A stretch of 64,000 nt of DNA, taken from NCBI GenBank assembly GCA_036002485.1, contig DASYTI010000107.1:37783-101782 (forward strand). Reading direction: 5' to 3'. A program made the position numbers and the translations under genes. Of this stretch, positions 19,488 to 27,094 are shown piece after piece (the stretch's first letter is position 1; the number at the start of each line of letters is the position of its first letter). Below the pieces are notes generated by a model. It saw only the letters and a program-made list of their open reading frames with translations, made no database searches and was not told the DNA's origin. Origin of the DNA: Candidatus Methylomirabilota bacterium (GTDB lineage: Bacteria > Methylomirabilota > Methylomirabilia > Rokubacteriales > CSP1-6).

Positions 19488-19596
19488 CCCCTCACCCTGC
19501 CCTCTCCCCATGATGGGAGAGGGATTTTTTGGGAAGCCCTCCTCGATTCTTAGTATCCCTCTCCCCCAGTGGGGGAGGGGGGGAGGGTGAGGGGGT
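19488..19596. repeat. Composite GC-rich hairpin repeat element (copy 4, partly degenerate)
   Basis: cccctcaccctgccctctcccc (19488-19509) is the reverse-complement form of the 24-mer (22 nt). The second unit, ccctctccccc-agt-gggggag..gggagggtgaggggg (19557-19596), has a degenerate right arm. Confidence 0.8.
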
Positions 19597-19602
19597 CGGT
19601 TC

Positions 19603-20157
19603 GTGAACAAGCGCGCTCAGAAAATGTTGAGGCTGATGGACCGCGCCGTCACCGAGTGGCACATCCCGGTGATCGGCAAGGAGAAGGGTCGCGTCATCCG
19701 GCGGCTCCTGGCCCGGCACAAGCCCACGCACGGCATCGAGGTGGGCTCGCTCTTCGGCTACTCGGCCATTCTCATCGCGGCCAATATGGCGCGCGGCGGG
19801 CATCTCACCTGCGTCGAGCAGAATCCCTTCCTCGCGAGCCTCGCCCAGTCCAATGCCGATCACGCGGGGCTCAAGGGCCGCGTCAAGGTCGTGGTGGGCG
19901 ACGCCCTCCGCGTCCTGCCCTTCCTGCGCGGGCCCGTCGACTTCGTGCTCATCGACGCCAAGAAGGAGGACTACCTCGACTACCTCAAGGCCCTCGAGCC
20001 GCGGCTCGTCAAGAACGCGCTGGTGATCGCCGACAATACCGGGGTCTACCGCCGCGAAGTCATGCCCTACCTGACCCACGTCCGCAACGGCGCGTACGCG
20101 AGCCGGGAGCTCGATTTCGGCTTCGACTGCATGGAAGTCTCGACGTACCGCGGGTAG
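19603..20157 (+). CDS. Class I SAM-dependent O-methyltransferase (family 3, caffeoyl-CoA OMT-like)
   Basis: 184 aa. Motifs GIEVGSLFGYSAILIA and VDFVLIDAKKEDYLDYL. The GTG start lies next to the repeat, and the ATG at 19624 is an alternative start. Confidence 0.8.
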   Translation: MNKRAQKMLRLMDRAVTEWHIPVIGKEKGRVIRRLLARHKPTHGIEVGSLFGYSAILIAANMARGGHLTCVEQNPFLASLAQSNADHAGLKGRVKVVVGDALRVLPFLRGPVDFVLIDAKKEDYLDYLKALEPRLVKNALVIADNTGVYRREVMPYLTHVRNGAYASRELDFGFDCMEVSTYRG

Positions 20158-20162
20158 CCGAC

Positions 20163-20666
20163 ATGTTCGGCGAGAAACACGACCCCGAGTTCCTCAAGCA
20201 TCTCTTCGACGAGACGGAGATCCTGCGCAAGCCTGTGGCGGGCATCATCGCCGGCTACCACATCCTGCCCTACATCCTCGTCGGCCCTCAGGAGGATCAG
20301 CCGAGCCGCGCCGTGGAGATCCGCGGCAAGATCAGGGTCTCCCCGCGCCTCGTGCTGGCCCCGGGACGGGCCGGGCAGACCTATGGCGAGCTCTTCCACG
20401 ACGATGGGCTCATGGACGAGGCGCTGGTGGCCCGCATCTTCTCCTTCGCCTACTCCTCGCGCCACCAGGTGACCCTGGAGAGCGAGGACCTGTCGATCAA
20501 GCGGCTCGAGCGCAACCCCCAGGCCCAGATCGAGCGGGCCCTCGACGAGCTGGCCATGCGCGAGGTCATCAATACCGGCGTCATCAGGGCCCCGAGCATC
20601 CGCTTCTATCCCGTGTCCCTCGACCGCTTCATCAGCGAGATCCTCGAGCAGGAGTTCCGGCCCTAA
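20163..20666 (+). CDS. Hypothetical protein (no family recognised)
   Basis: This is the 3' part of track ORF 19569..20666, starting at the ATG at 20163, 5 nt after the OMT stop. 167 aa, soluble, high GC3. The sequence MFGEKHDPEFLKHLFDETEILRKPVAGIIAGYHILPYILVGPQEDQ... matches no motif I can name. Confidence 0.5.
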   Translation: MFGEKHDPEFLKHLFDETEILRKPVAGIIAGYHILPYILVGPQEDQPSRAVEIRGKIRVSPRLVLAPGRAGQTYGELFHDDGLMDEALVARIFSFAYSSRHQVTLESEDLSIKRLERNPQAQIERALDELAMREVINTGVIRAPSIRFYPVSLDRFISEILEQEFRP

Positions 20667-20675
20667 GCGGCCGCG

Positions 20676-21227
20676 ATGCCCACGCGAGAGGACTATCTGC
20701 GCCTGCCGCTCGAGCGGCGGCTCGCGCGCCTGGCCGGCACCGCTGACGAGCTCGCGGGGGCGATCCGCGAGCGAAGCGCCGCCCAGCTCTCCCGGCGCCC
20801 CGGCGCGACGAACTGGTCGGCCACGGAGATCATCTGCCATCTTCGCGACATCGAGGAGCTCTGCATCCTCCGCTTTCACACCATGCTCGTGATGGAAGAC
20901 CCCGCCGTCTTCGTCGTGGGAGCTCCGCCCGGCGATCCCGCGCGCTGGGGTATAGCCGGCGAGGTGCCCTTCCCCCTCGATCCCCGCCGGTGGGTAGACG
21001 ACCGCCAGTACTCCCGCTCCGACGCGCGCCAGGCCCTGGCCGCCTTCGGCCGCAGGCGGCGCGAGGTGCTGGCCCTGCTCCACTCGCTCACCTCCGAGCA
21101 ATGGAAGCGGGGGAGCATTCATCCGGCTCATGGTCGCGTGACGTTCGAAGAATGGACGGCGGGCATGGCCGGCCACGATGACAATCACCTCGATCAGCTG
21201 GGGCGCGCTCTCGACGGGAGGGCCTGA
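20676..21227 (+). CDS. DinB-family (DinB_2-like) protein, paralog 1
   Basis: 183 aa. WSATEIICHLRDIEE and a C-terminal GHDDNHLDQL, the His-triad pattern of the DinB/YfiT-like four-helix bundle. Confidence 0.75.
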   Translation: MPTREDYLRLPLERRLARLAGTADELAGAIRERSAAQLSRRPGATNWSATEIICHLRDIEELCILRFHTMLVMEDPAVFVVGAPPGDPARWGIAGEVPFPLDPRRWVDDRQYSRSDARQALAAFGRRRREVLALLHSLTSEQWKRGSIHPAHGRVTFEEWTAGMAGHDDNHLDQLGRALDGRA

Positions 21228-21232
21228 TCGGC

Positions 21233-21784
21233 GTGCCCACCAGGGCGGAGTACCAGGCGATGTCGATCGGGCTGCGCATGGAACGGCTCCGGCGGACGCC
21301 TGACGAGCTCGCGACGGCGATTGCGGGCAAATCCGATGCCGCCCTCGGGAGGCGGCCGGCGGAGCGGCAATGGTCGCCCACGGAGATCATCTGTCATCTT
21401 CGCGACGTGGAAGAGCTGTTCCGGATCCGCTTCCACACCATCCTCGCCCTGGACGAGCCGCAGATCCTGACGTTCAGTGCCCAACCCGCCGCCCTCGCGG
21501 TCTGGGGCATCGGCGGCCGGGTAGGGCACCCTCTCGACCCCGATCGATGGGCCGAGGAGCGCCAGTACGCGCGGAGTGATCCGAACCAGGCGCTCACCGC
21601 CTTCCGGCGTCAGCGCACGGAGACCGTTGTCCTCCTGGAGTCGCTTACCGACGCGCAGTGGCTCCGGGGCGGCATCCACCTCCGGCTCGGTCGGTTGACT
21701 CTCGGGGACTGGGCGGCGAGCCTCGCCGGGCACGACGACAATCACCTCGATCAGCTCACGCGCGCGATCGATGGCCGGGCCTGA
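21233..21784 (+). CDS. DinB-family (DinB_2-like) protein, paralog 2
   Basis: 183 aa, colinear with paralog 1 (WSPTEIICHLRDVEE ... GHDDNHLDQL). This is a tandem duplication. Confidence 0.75.
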   Translation: MPTRAEYQAMSIGLRMERLRRTPDELATAIAGKSDAALGRRPAERQWSPTEIICHLRDVEELFRIRFHTILALDEPQILTFSAQPAALAVWGIGGRVGHPLDPDRWAEERQYARSDPNQALTAFRRQRTETVVLLESLTDAQWLRGGIHLRLGRLTLGDWAASLAGHDDNHLDQLTRAIDGRA

Positions 21785-22301
21785 GGGTCACCGGGTCGAG
21801 CCGCTCACGGAGGCGCAGCTGCCGTCCTGCCGAGCTGCTCTCGTCGCCCTGCTCCGCGACGTGGTGGATGGCGGCGCCTCGGTCGGCTTCCTGCCTCCCC
21901 TCGCCGAGACGGAAGCGGGCACGTACTGGGACAGCGTGGCCGGGGCGCTCCGCGGCGGCGGCCGGCGCCTCTGGATCGCGCGCGGCCCCGGAGACATCAT
22001 CGGTACCGTGCAGCTCGATCTGGCGGGGCAGGTCAATGGCCGCCATCGCGCCGAGGTGATCAGGCTCATGGTCCACCGGAGGGCGCGACAGCAGGGCATC
22101 GGGCGCGCGCTCATGGAAGCCGCGGAGACCGAAGCGCGCCGTCTTGGGCGGACGACCCTGGTCCTCGACACTCGCCAGGGCGACCCATCCGAGCGGCTCT
22201 ACCGTAAATTGGGCTGGCAGCTCGGCGGAACGATCCCGCGCTACGCGCGCAGCGCTGACGGCACGCTCCACACGACCGCCTTCTACTACAAGCTTCTCTA
22301 G
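21771..22301 (+). CDS. GNAT family N-acetyltransferase
   Basis: 176 aa. Acetyl-CoA binding motif LMVHRRARQQGIGRALME. Overlaps DinB paralog 2 by 14 nt. Confidence 0.8.
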   Translation: MAGPEGHRVEPLTEAQLPSCRAALVALLRDVVDGGASVGFLPPLAETEAGTYWDSVAGALRGGGRRLWIARGPGDIIGTVQLDLAGQVNGRHRAEVIRLMVHRRARQQGIGRALMEAAETEARRLGRTTLVLDTRQGDPSERLYRKLGWQLGGTIPRYARSADGTLHTTAFYYKLL

Positions 22302-22304
22302 GCG

Positions 22305-22874
22305 TCACCGGCGTGGGCGCCGGGTAGTCATATGCCGCCGGATCCGGCTCATCTCGGCTAGGAATTCCTCGAATGCCTCCGTCGCTCCCTCAGCGGCGCT
22401 CCACCGCCGGAGCGTTCCGAGATTCACGCGGTTCCGAGCCGCGATCCAGGCCGCAACCGTCAGGCTTTGGCGATCTCGCCAGTGATAGAAGGCAGCGAGA
22501 CGGTCCCGGCACGAGTCCGTCGCAGAGAGCATCCGAATGCGACCGTGCAACGTGGACCGCACCACCGGACGAATGCGATACTCGCCTCCGATGGCAAGCG
22601 GTCCACGCGGGAATTCGATGTAGAAGCGAGCGCGCGCGTGAACATATCGGTCCTGTCTTCGGCGGAAGCCGATCGACGCCATCGCGAAGTCCATCTCTGC
22701 CCGCGTGGAAGGGCCAATCACGATGAAATCCAGGTCTTTCGAATGATAGGCGCCCGCCGCGTAGAGAGCAGCGCAGGCGCCCCCCGTCAAGACCGCAGGG
22801 ATGCCTCGACGCCGAAGGGCGCCCGAAGCAGCGGCGGCGACGGCACCGAGGCTTGATCGTTCCGACAGCGTCAC
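22305..22874 (-). CDS. Minimal nucleotidyltransferase-fold protein (AbiEii/MNT-like candidate toxin)
   Basis: 189 aa. LTGGACAALYAAGAYHSKDLDFIV fits the NTase motif hG[GS]-x(9-13)-Dh[DE]h and resembles the AbiEii GGTAL...SxDLDF pattern. The GTG start overlaps the stop of the upstream wHTH gene (GTGA at 22871-22874). Confidence 0.5.
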   Translation of the reverse strand: MTLSERSSLGAVAAAASGALRRRGIPAVLTGGACAALYAAGAYHSKDLDFIVIGPSTRAEMDFAMASIGFRRRQDRYVHARARFYIEFPRGPLAIGGEYRIRPVVRSTLHGRIRMLSATDSCRDRLAAFYHWRDRQSLTVAAWIAARNRVNLGTLRRWSAAEGATEAFEEFLAEMSRIRRHMTTRRPRR

Positions 22875-23206
22875 AGGGGTTTGCCGGTGCGGCGCGGCCG
22901 ACGTCGAAGAGCCGCGACGCGCTGTTGAAGCTTCAGTTCAGGCTCCGTAAGACGGCGCAGAAAGAGTTTCAGAGGATCCCGGGCGAAATACCGGGGATCC
23001 AGCTGGAATACCCGGGTTCGCCCCACGAGCCGCCCCGCGACGATCCCGTCTAGTTCGAGGCTCTCCAATGCCTTCTGCACGCCGGACAGGGGGGCGTCGA
23101 GCACGCGTGCAAGCTCCCGCGGATAACTCTCGCCAAGCAGTGAGAGGGTCAAAAGCACGCGCGTACGCGTGGCGCTCCCGAATGGACTCGAGGTCGTTGA
23201 GACCAT
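22871..23206 (-). CDS. Winged-helix (ArsR/MarR-like) DNA-binding protein (candidate antitoxin/regulator)
   Basis: 111 aa. The wHTH-like core is RTRVLLTLSLLGESYPRELARVLDAPLSGVQKALESLELDGIVAGRLVGRTRVFQL, followed by a basic C-terminal tail. The ATG at 23206 is preceded by an AT-rich palindromic region. Confidence 0.65.
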   Translation of the reverse strand: MVSTTSSPFGSATRTRVLLTLSLLGESYPRELARVLDAPLSGVQKALESLELDGIVAGRLVGRTRVFQLDPRYFARDPLKLFLRRLTEPELKLQQRVAALRRRPRRTGKPL

Positions 23207-23213
23207 GATTAGA

Positions 23214-23240
23214 GGTCATATGACCATATATAGTGGTCAT
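23214..23240. promoter_or_regulatory. Overlapping inverted repeats (candidate operator) upstream of the wHTH gene
   Basis: A perfect 12-nt palindrome ggtcatatgacc (23214-23225) overlaps the inverted repeat atgacca-tatatag-tggtcat (23220-23240). The segment is locally AT-rich within a GC-rich genome. On the minus strand a TTGACG box lies just upstream. Confidence 0.4.
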
Positions 23241-23323
23241 GCGTCAAATCCGTATGCAGAGGTGGGATCCGCCCGCTCAAGGTCAACGATCCATGGCTCG
23301 GCTACATCGGGTACACTCCTCGC

Positions 23324-24250
23324 GTGCGCGCGTATCTCGTCTCGCGGCTCGCTCAGACCGCGCTCGTGGTCTTCCTCTCGCTGACCGCCGTCTTCTTCCT
23401 GGTGCGGCTGAGCGGCGACCCCGTCCTCCTTTTTCTTCCCATGGACATCCAGGCCAAGGACATCAACGAATTCCGCCAGCGCCTCGGCTTCAACGATCCG
23501 CTGCCCGTGCAGTACGGCCGCTTCCTCTCGGGAGCCGTCCGAGGCGATTTCGGCGAGTCGCTGCGCTACCGACGCGATGCCATGAGCCTCGTCCTGGAAA
23601 GGCTGCCCGCTACCCTCGAGCTGGGACTGGCCGCCCTTGTCCTCGCCTTTTCCCTCTCCATTCCCATCGGCATCCTGTCGGCCACGCATCGCGGCACCCT
23701 GGTGGACTATCTCGGGATGGGCGGCGCGGTGCTGGGACAGGCCATTCCCGGGTTCTGGCTCGGGCTCATGCTGATCTATCTCTTTTCCGTGCGTCTCCAC
23801 TGGCTGCCCACGGGCGGCATGGGTGGGCCCACACACTTCGTCATGCCGTGCATCGTCCTCGCCTCCTTCTATGCCGCGCGCATGGCGCGGCTCACGCGCT
23901 CGTCCGTCCTCGATATTCTCGGCGCCGAGTTCGTGCTGACGGCGCGCGCGAAAGGTCTGGCCGAGCGGATCGTGATCGCCAAGCACGCGCTGAAGAACGC
24001 CGCCATTCCCATCGTGACGCTGGCCGGTCTCGAGACGGGCCAGCTCCTGGGCGGCGCCGTCATCACGGAGACCATCTTCGCCTGGCCCGGGCTCGGGCGA
24101 CTCACCGTGCAGGCGCTCCTCAATCGCGACTTCCCCGTCGTGCTCGCGGCCGTCTTCGTTTTCTCCGTCACCTATACTTTGATTAATCTCGTGGTTGATC
24201 TGCTCTACGGTTGGTTGGACCCGCGTACACGGCGCGAAGTCACGGCATGA
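23324..24250 (+). CDS. ABC transporter permease (DppB/OppB-type)
   Basis: 308 aa with a GTG start. N-terminus MRAYLVSRLAQTALVVFLSLTAVFFLVRLSGDP. C-terminus NLVVDLLYGWLDPRTR. Confidence 0.9.
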   Translation: MRAYLVSRLAQTALVVFLSLTAVFFLVRLSGDPVLLFLPMDIQAKDINEFRQRLGFNDPLPVQYGRFLSGAVRGDFGESLRYRRDAMSLVLERLPATLELGLAALVLAFSLSIPIGILSATHRGTLVDYLGMGGAVLGQAIPGFWLGLMLIYLFSVRLHWLPTGGMGGPTHFVMPCIVLASFYAARMARLTRSSVLDILGAEFVLTARAKGLAERIVIAKHALKNAAIPIVTLAGLETGQLLGGAVITETIFAWPGLGRLTVQALLNRDFPVVLAAVFVFSVTYTLINLVVDLLYGWLDPRTRREVTA

Positions 24251-25074
24251 GCGCCGCCGCGATCAGGCGGAACGGCCTTGGCGTCATTGGACTGGTCCTG
24301 GCCGCCCTCGCGGTGCTGGCCGCGCTCGCCGCGCCGATCCTGGCTCCGCACAATCCCTTCATCGGCGACATGACCCAGGGACTGCGTCCGCCGGGCACCC
24401 CCGGGCATCCCCTGGGCACCGATCAGCTCGGGCGTGACACGCTCTCGCGCGTGCTCTACGGCGCCCGCGTGGCGCTCTTCATCGGCCTCTGCACGGTGCT
24501 GGTGACGGCCATCGTGGGCGGGCTCCTGGGACTCCTCGCGGGTTTCTTCGGCGGCTGGTCGGGCCAGGTCCTCATGCGGTTCTGTGATGTCCAGCTCTCC
24601 TTCCCGTTCATCCTGCTCGCTCTGACCATCAATGCCATCGTGGGCCTGGGCCTGCGCAACATCATCATCAGTTTGTCAGCGGCGGGCTGGGTCGTGTATG
24701 CTCGCGTCGTCCGCGGGGAGGTCCTGTCGGTGAAACAGCGCGATTTCGTCCAGGCCGCGGCCGCCCTCGGCACGAGCCGGGCGCGCATCCTGTTCCGCCA
24801 CATCCTCCCCAACGTCGCGCCGTCCATCATCATCGTGGCGAGCTTGCAGTTCTCGCAATTCATCGTGGCGGAGGCCGCCATCTCGTTCCTTGGATTCGGG
24901 GTGCAGCCGCCCACGCCGGCCTGGGGGAGCATGCTGTCGGAGAGCCGCGACTTTCTCTACATCGCCTGGTGGCTGGCCGCCTTTCCCGGGGCCGCCCTGG
25001 CCCTGACCGCGCTCGGCGTCAACCTGGTGGGCGACTGGCTCCGTGACGTCCTCGATCCGAAGTTCCGGGTCTAG
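24247..25074 (+). CDS. ABC transporter permease (DppC/OppC-type)
   Basis: ORF trimmed to the ATG at 24247, which overlaps the upstream stop (ATGA). Motifs HPLGTDQLGRDTLSRVLYGARVAL and NLVGDWLRDVLDPKFR. Confidence 0.9.
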   Translation: MSAAAIRRNGLGVIGLVLAALAVLAALAAPILAPHNPFIGDMTQGLRPPGTPGHPLGTDQLGRDTLSRVLYGARVALFIGLCTVLVTAIVGGLLGLLAGFFGGWSGQVLMRFCDVQLSFPFILLALTINAIVGLGLRNIIISLSAAGWVVYARVVRGEVLSVKQRDFVQAAAALGTSRARILFRHILPNVAPSIIIVASLQFSQFIVAEAAISFLGFGVQPPTPAWGSMLSESRDFLYIAWWLAAFPGAALALTALGVNLVGDWLRDVLDPKFRV

Positions 25075-25081
25075 CACCGCG

Positions 25082-25513
25082 ATGGCGGACGTCGCCACCT
25101 TCAGAAGAGGCCGGCGCGAGGACATCGAGATCGTGCTCGAGCTCTGGATCCAGGCCGGCGCCACGCCGAAGCTGACCGATACGTCGGAAGATCTGGCGCG
25201 CCTCCTGGGCCAGCCGCAGGCCATGCTCCTCCTGGCGGAGGTCGACGGCCACGTGGTCGGCACGGTGATCGGCGGCTGGGACGGCTGGCGCGGTAATATC
25301 TATCGGCTCGCGGTGCTGCCGGAGTATCGGCGCCGAGGTATCGCCGCCGCCCTCATGCGCGAGGTGGACACGGCACTCGCAGACCTGGGTGTGCGCCGAA
25401 TCACGGCCCTGGTCGAGCACGATCACCCATGGGCGGTCGGCTTCTGGAACGCGCTCGAGCGCGCCGGCTACCGGCACGACCCCACGATGACGCGATACGT
25501 GAAGACGTTCTAG
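25082..25513 (+). CDS. GNAT family N-acetyltransferase
   Basis: ORF trimmed to the ATG at 25082 (MADVATFRRGRREDIE). Contains YRLAVLPEYRRRGIAAALMRE. Confidence 0.8.
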   Translation: MADVATFRRGRREDIEIVLELWIQAGATPKLTDTSEDLARLLGQPQAMLLLAEVDGHVVGTVIGGWDGWRGNIYRLAVLPEYRRRGIAAALMREVDTALADLGVRRITALVEHDHPWAVGFWNALERAGYRHDPTMTRYVKTF

Positions 25514-25540
25514 AGCCACAGTCACAAGGAGGATGCGCAA

Positions 25541-27067
25541 GTGCTATTCCTGAATTTGTTTGCCGCCGGGCTCGCTCTCCTGGCCGCGGCCACGCCGGCC
25601 CTCGCCCAGGATCGAATGAAAGCTGAAGAAGTCATCGTGGCCTTCGCCGCGGAGCCTCGGACGCTCCTGCCCAACACCATCGTGGACTGGACGACCAACA
25701 ACATGGTCGAGCACATGTACGACCGGCTCGTCGACCGCGATCCGAAGAGCTACAAGCCCATCCCCATGCTGGCCACGTCGTGGAAGGTGGTGGACAACAC
25801 CACGTGGGAGTTCTCGTTGCGCAAGGGCGTGAAGTTCCACAACGGCGAGGAGTTCACCGCCGAGTGCGTGAAGGCGACCGTCGCCTACCTGAAGGATCCG
25901 AACATCAAGTCGCACTATCTCCCGCGCTGGACCCTCCTGAAGGAGGTTCAGGTCGTGGACCCTCACACGGTCCGCTTCATCACGGAGAAGCCATGGCCCG
26001 GGCTCATCGACCGCATCTCTCTCGGCGATGTCCTCATGATGCCGGCCAAGGCCCTCAAGGAGCAGGGTGCCCCGGGTCTGCTCGCCAAGCCCGTGGGCAC
26101 CGGGCCCTTCAAGTTCTCGCAGTGGGTGCGCGACGAGAAGCTGGTGGTGACGCGCAACGACGACTACTGGAAGGGCAAGCCCGAGTTCAAGAAAATTACC
26201 TTCCGCTTCATCCCCGAGTTCAGCGCGCGCCTGGCCGCCCTTCTGGCCGGAGAGATCGACATCATGAAGGACGTGCCCCCGCACGCCGTGGACCTCGTCA
26301 ACGCCAGCGGCAAGGCGACGGTGCGGGCCACCGTCTCCTCGCGCATCAATTACCTGGCCCTCGTCAATCTCAAGCAGGGTCCGATGCAGGACCTGAAAGT
26401 GCGCAAGGCCATCGCGCAGGCCGTGAACGTGGACGAGCTGATCCAGAACGTGCTGCGGGGACGCGCGAGCAAGCTGTGCGGGCCGCTCTCGCCCATCAAC
26501 GTCGACTACTCGCCCAAGGTCCCGTGCCTCAAGTACGATCCCAAGCAGGCTCAGGCTCTCTTCAAGGAGGCCGGCATCGACCCGAAGACGCTGACCCTCA
26601 CCCTGGACACGCCTTCGGGGCGCTACCCACTCGACAAGGACATCTCCCAGGCCATCGCCGCCCAGCTCGGCCGGCTCGGCATCACCGTCAACGTCGTGGT
26701 CAACGAGTGGGGGACGCATCTCGACAAGATCAAGAACCGGACGACCGGGGACATGTTCTTCCTCGGCTGGGGTCCGGCCCTGGACGCCCAGAACACCATC
26801 GAGCAGCTCTTCCAGGGCTCCATGACCTACTCGTCCTATGGCGGCAACAAGGCGCTGGAGGACAAGATCCAGACCGCCGTCACCATCGTGGACCCGCAGA
26901 AGCGCCTGGCTGCCTGGGCCGAGCTCCAGCAGCTCGTCGCCGCCGAGGTGCCGTGGGTCTTCCTCTGGCAGCAGCACGACCTCTACGGCGTGGCCAACTG
27001 GGTGGAGTGGCAGCCCCGGGCCGACGAGAAGGTGTGGATGTTCGAGGCGAGGGTCGCGAAGAAGTAA
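25541..27067 (+). CDS. ABC transporter substrate-binding protein, family 5 (peptide/nickel)
   Basis: 508 aa. GTG start with AAGGAGG 8 nt upstream. Signal peptide LFLNLFAAGLALLAAATPALAQ. Contains WEFSLRKGVKFHNGEEFTAECVK. Confidence 0.9.
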   Translation: MLFLNLFAAGLALLAAATPALAQDRMKAEEVIVAFAAEPRTLLPNTIVDWTTNNMVEHMYDRLVDRDPKSYKPIPMLATSWKVVDNTTWEFSLRKGVKFHNGEEFTAECVKATVAYLKDPNIKSHYLPRWTLLKEVQVVDPHTVRFITEKPWPGLIDRISLGDVLMMPAKALKEQGAPGLLAKPVGTGPFKFSQWVRDEKLVVTRNDDYWKGKPEFKKITFRFIPEFSARLAALLAGEIDIMKDVPPHAVDLVNASGKATVRATVSSRINYLALVNLKQGPMQDLKVRKAIAQAVNVDELIQNVLRGRASKLCGPLSPINVDYSPKVPCLKYDPKQAQALFKEAGIDPKTLTLTLDTPSGRYPLDKDISQAIAAQLGRLGITVNVVVNEWGTHLDKIKNRTTGDMFFLGWGPALDAQNTIEQLFQGSMTYSSYGGNKALEDKIQTAVTIVDPQKRLAAWAELQQLVAAEVPWVFLWQQHDLYGVANWVEWQPRADEKVWMFEARVAKK

Positions 27068-27094
27068 GGAGACGGGTCAAGAGGAGATAGGCTC

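Noticed and set aside
19569-20162. 5' two-thirds of track ORF 19569..20666
   Set aside because: It starts inside repeat copy 4 and is out of frame with the well-supported O-methyltransferase. Only the segment after the ATG at 20163 is intergenic-consistent and coding-like.
25544-26977. 477-aa minus-strand ORF
   Set aside because: It lies antisense to the family-5 SBP gene, which has a signal peptide, an SD sequence and family motifs.
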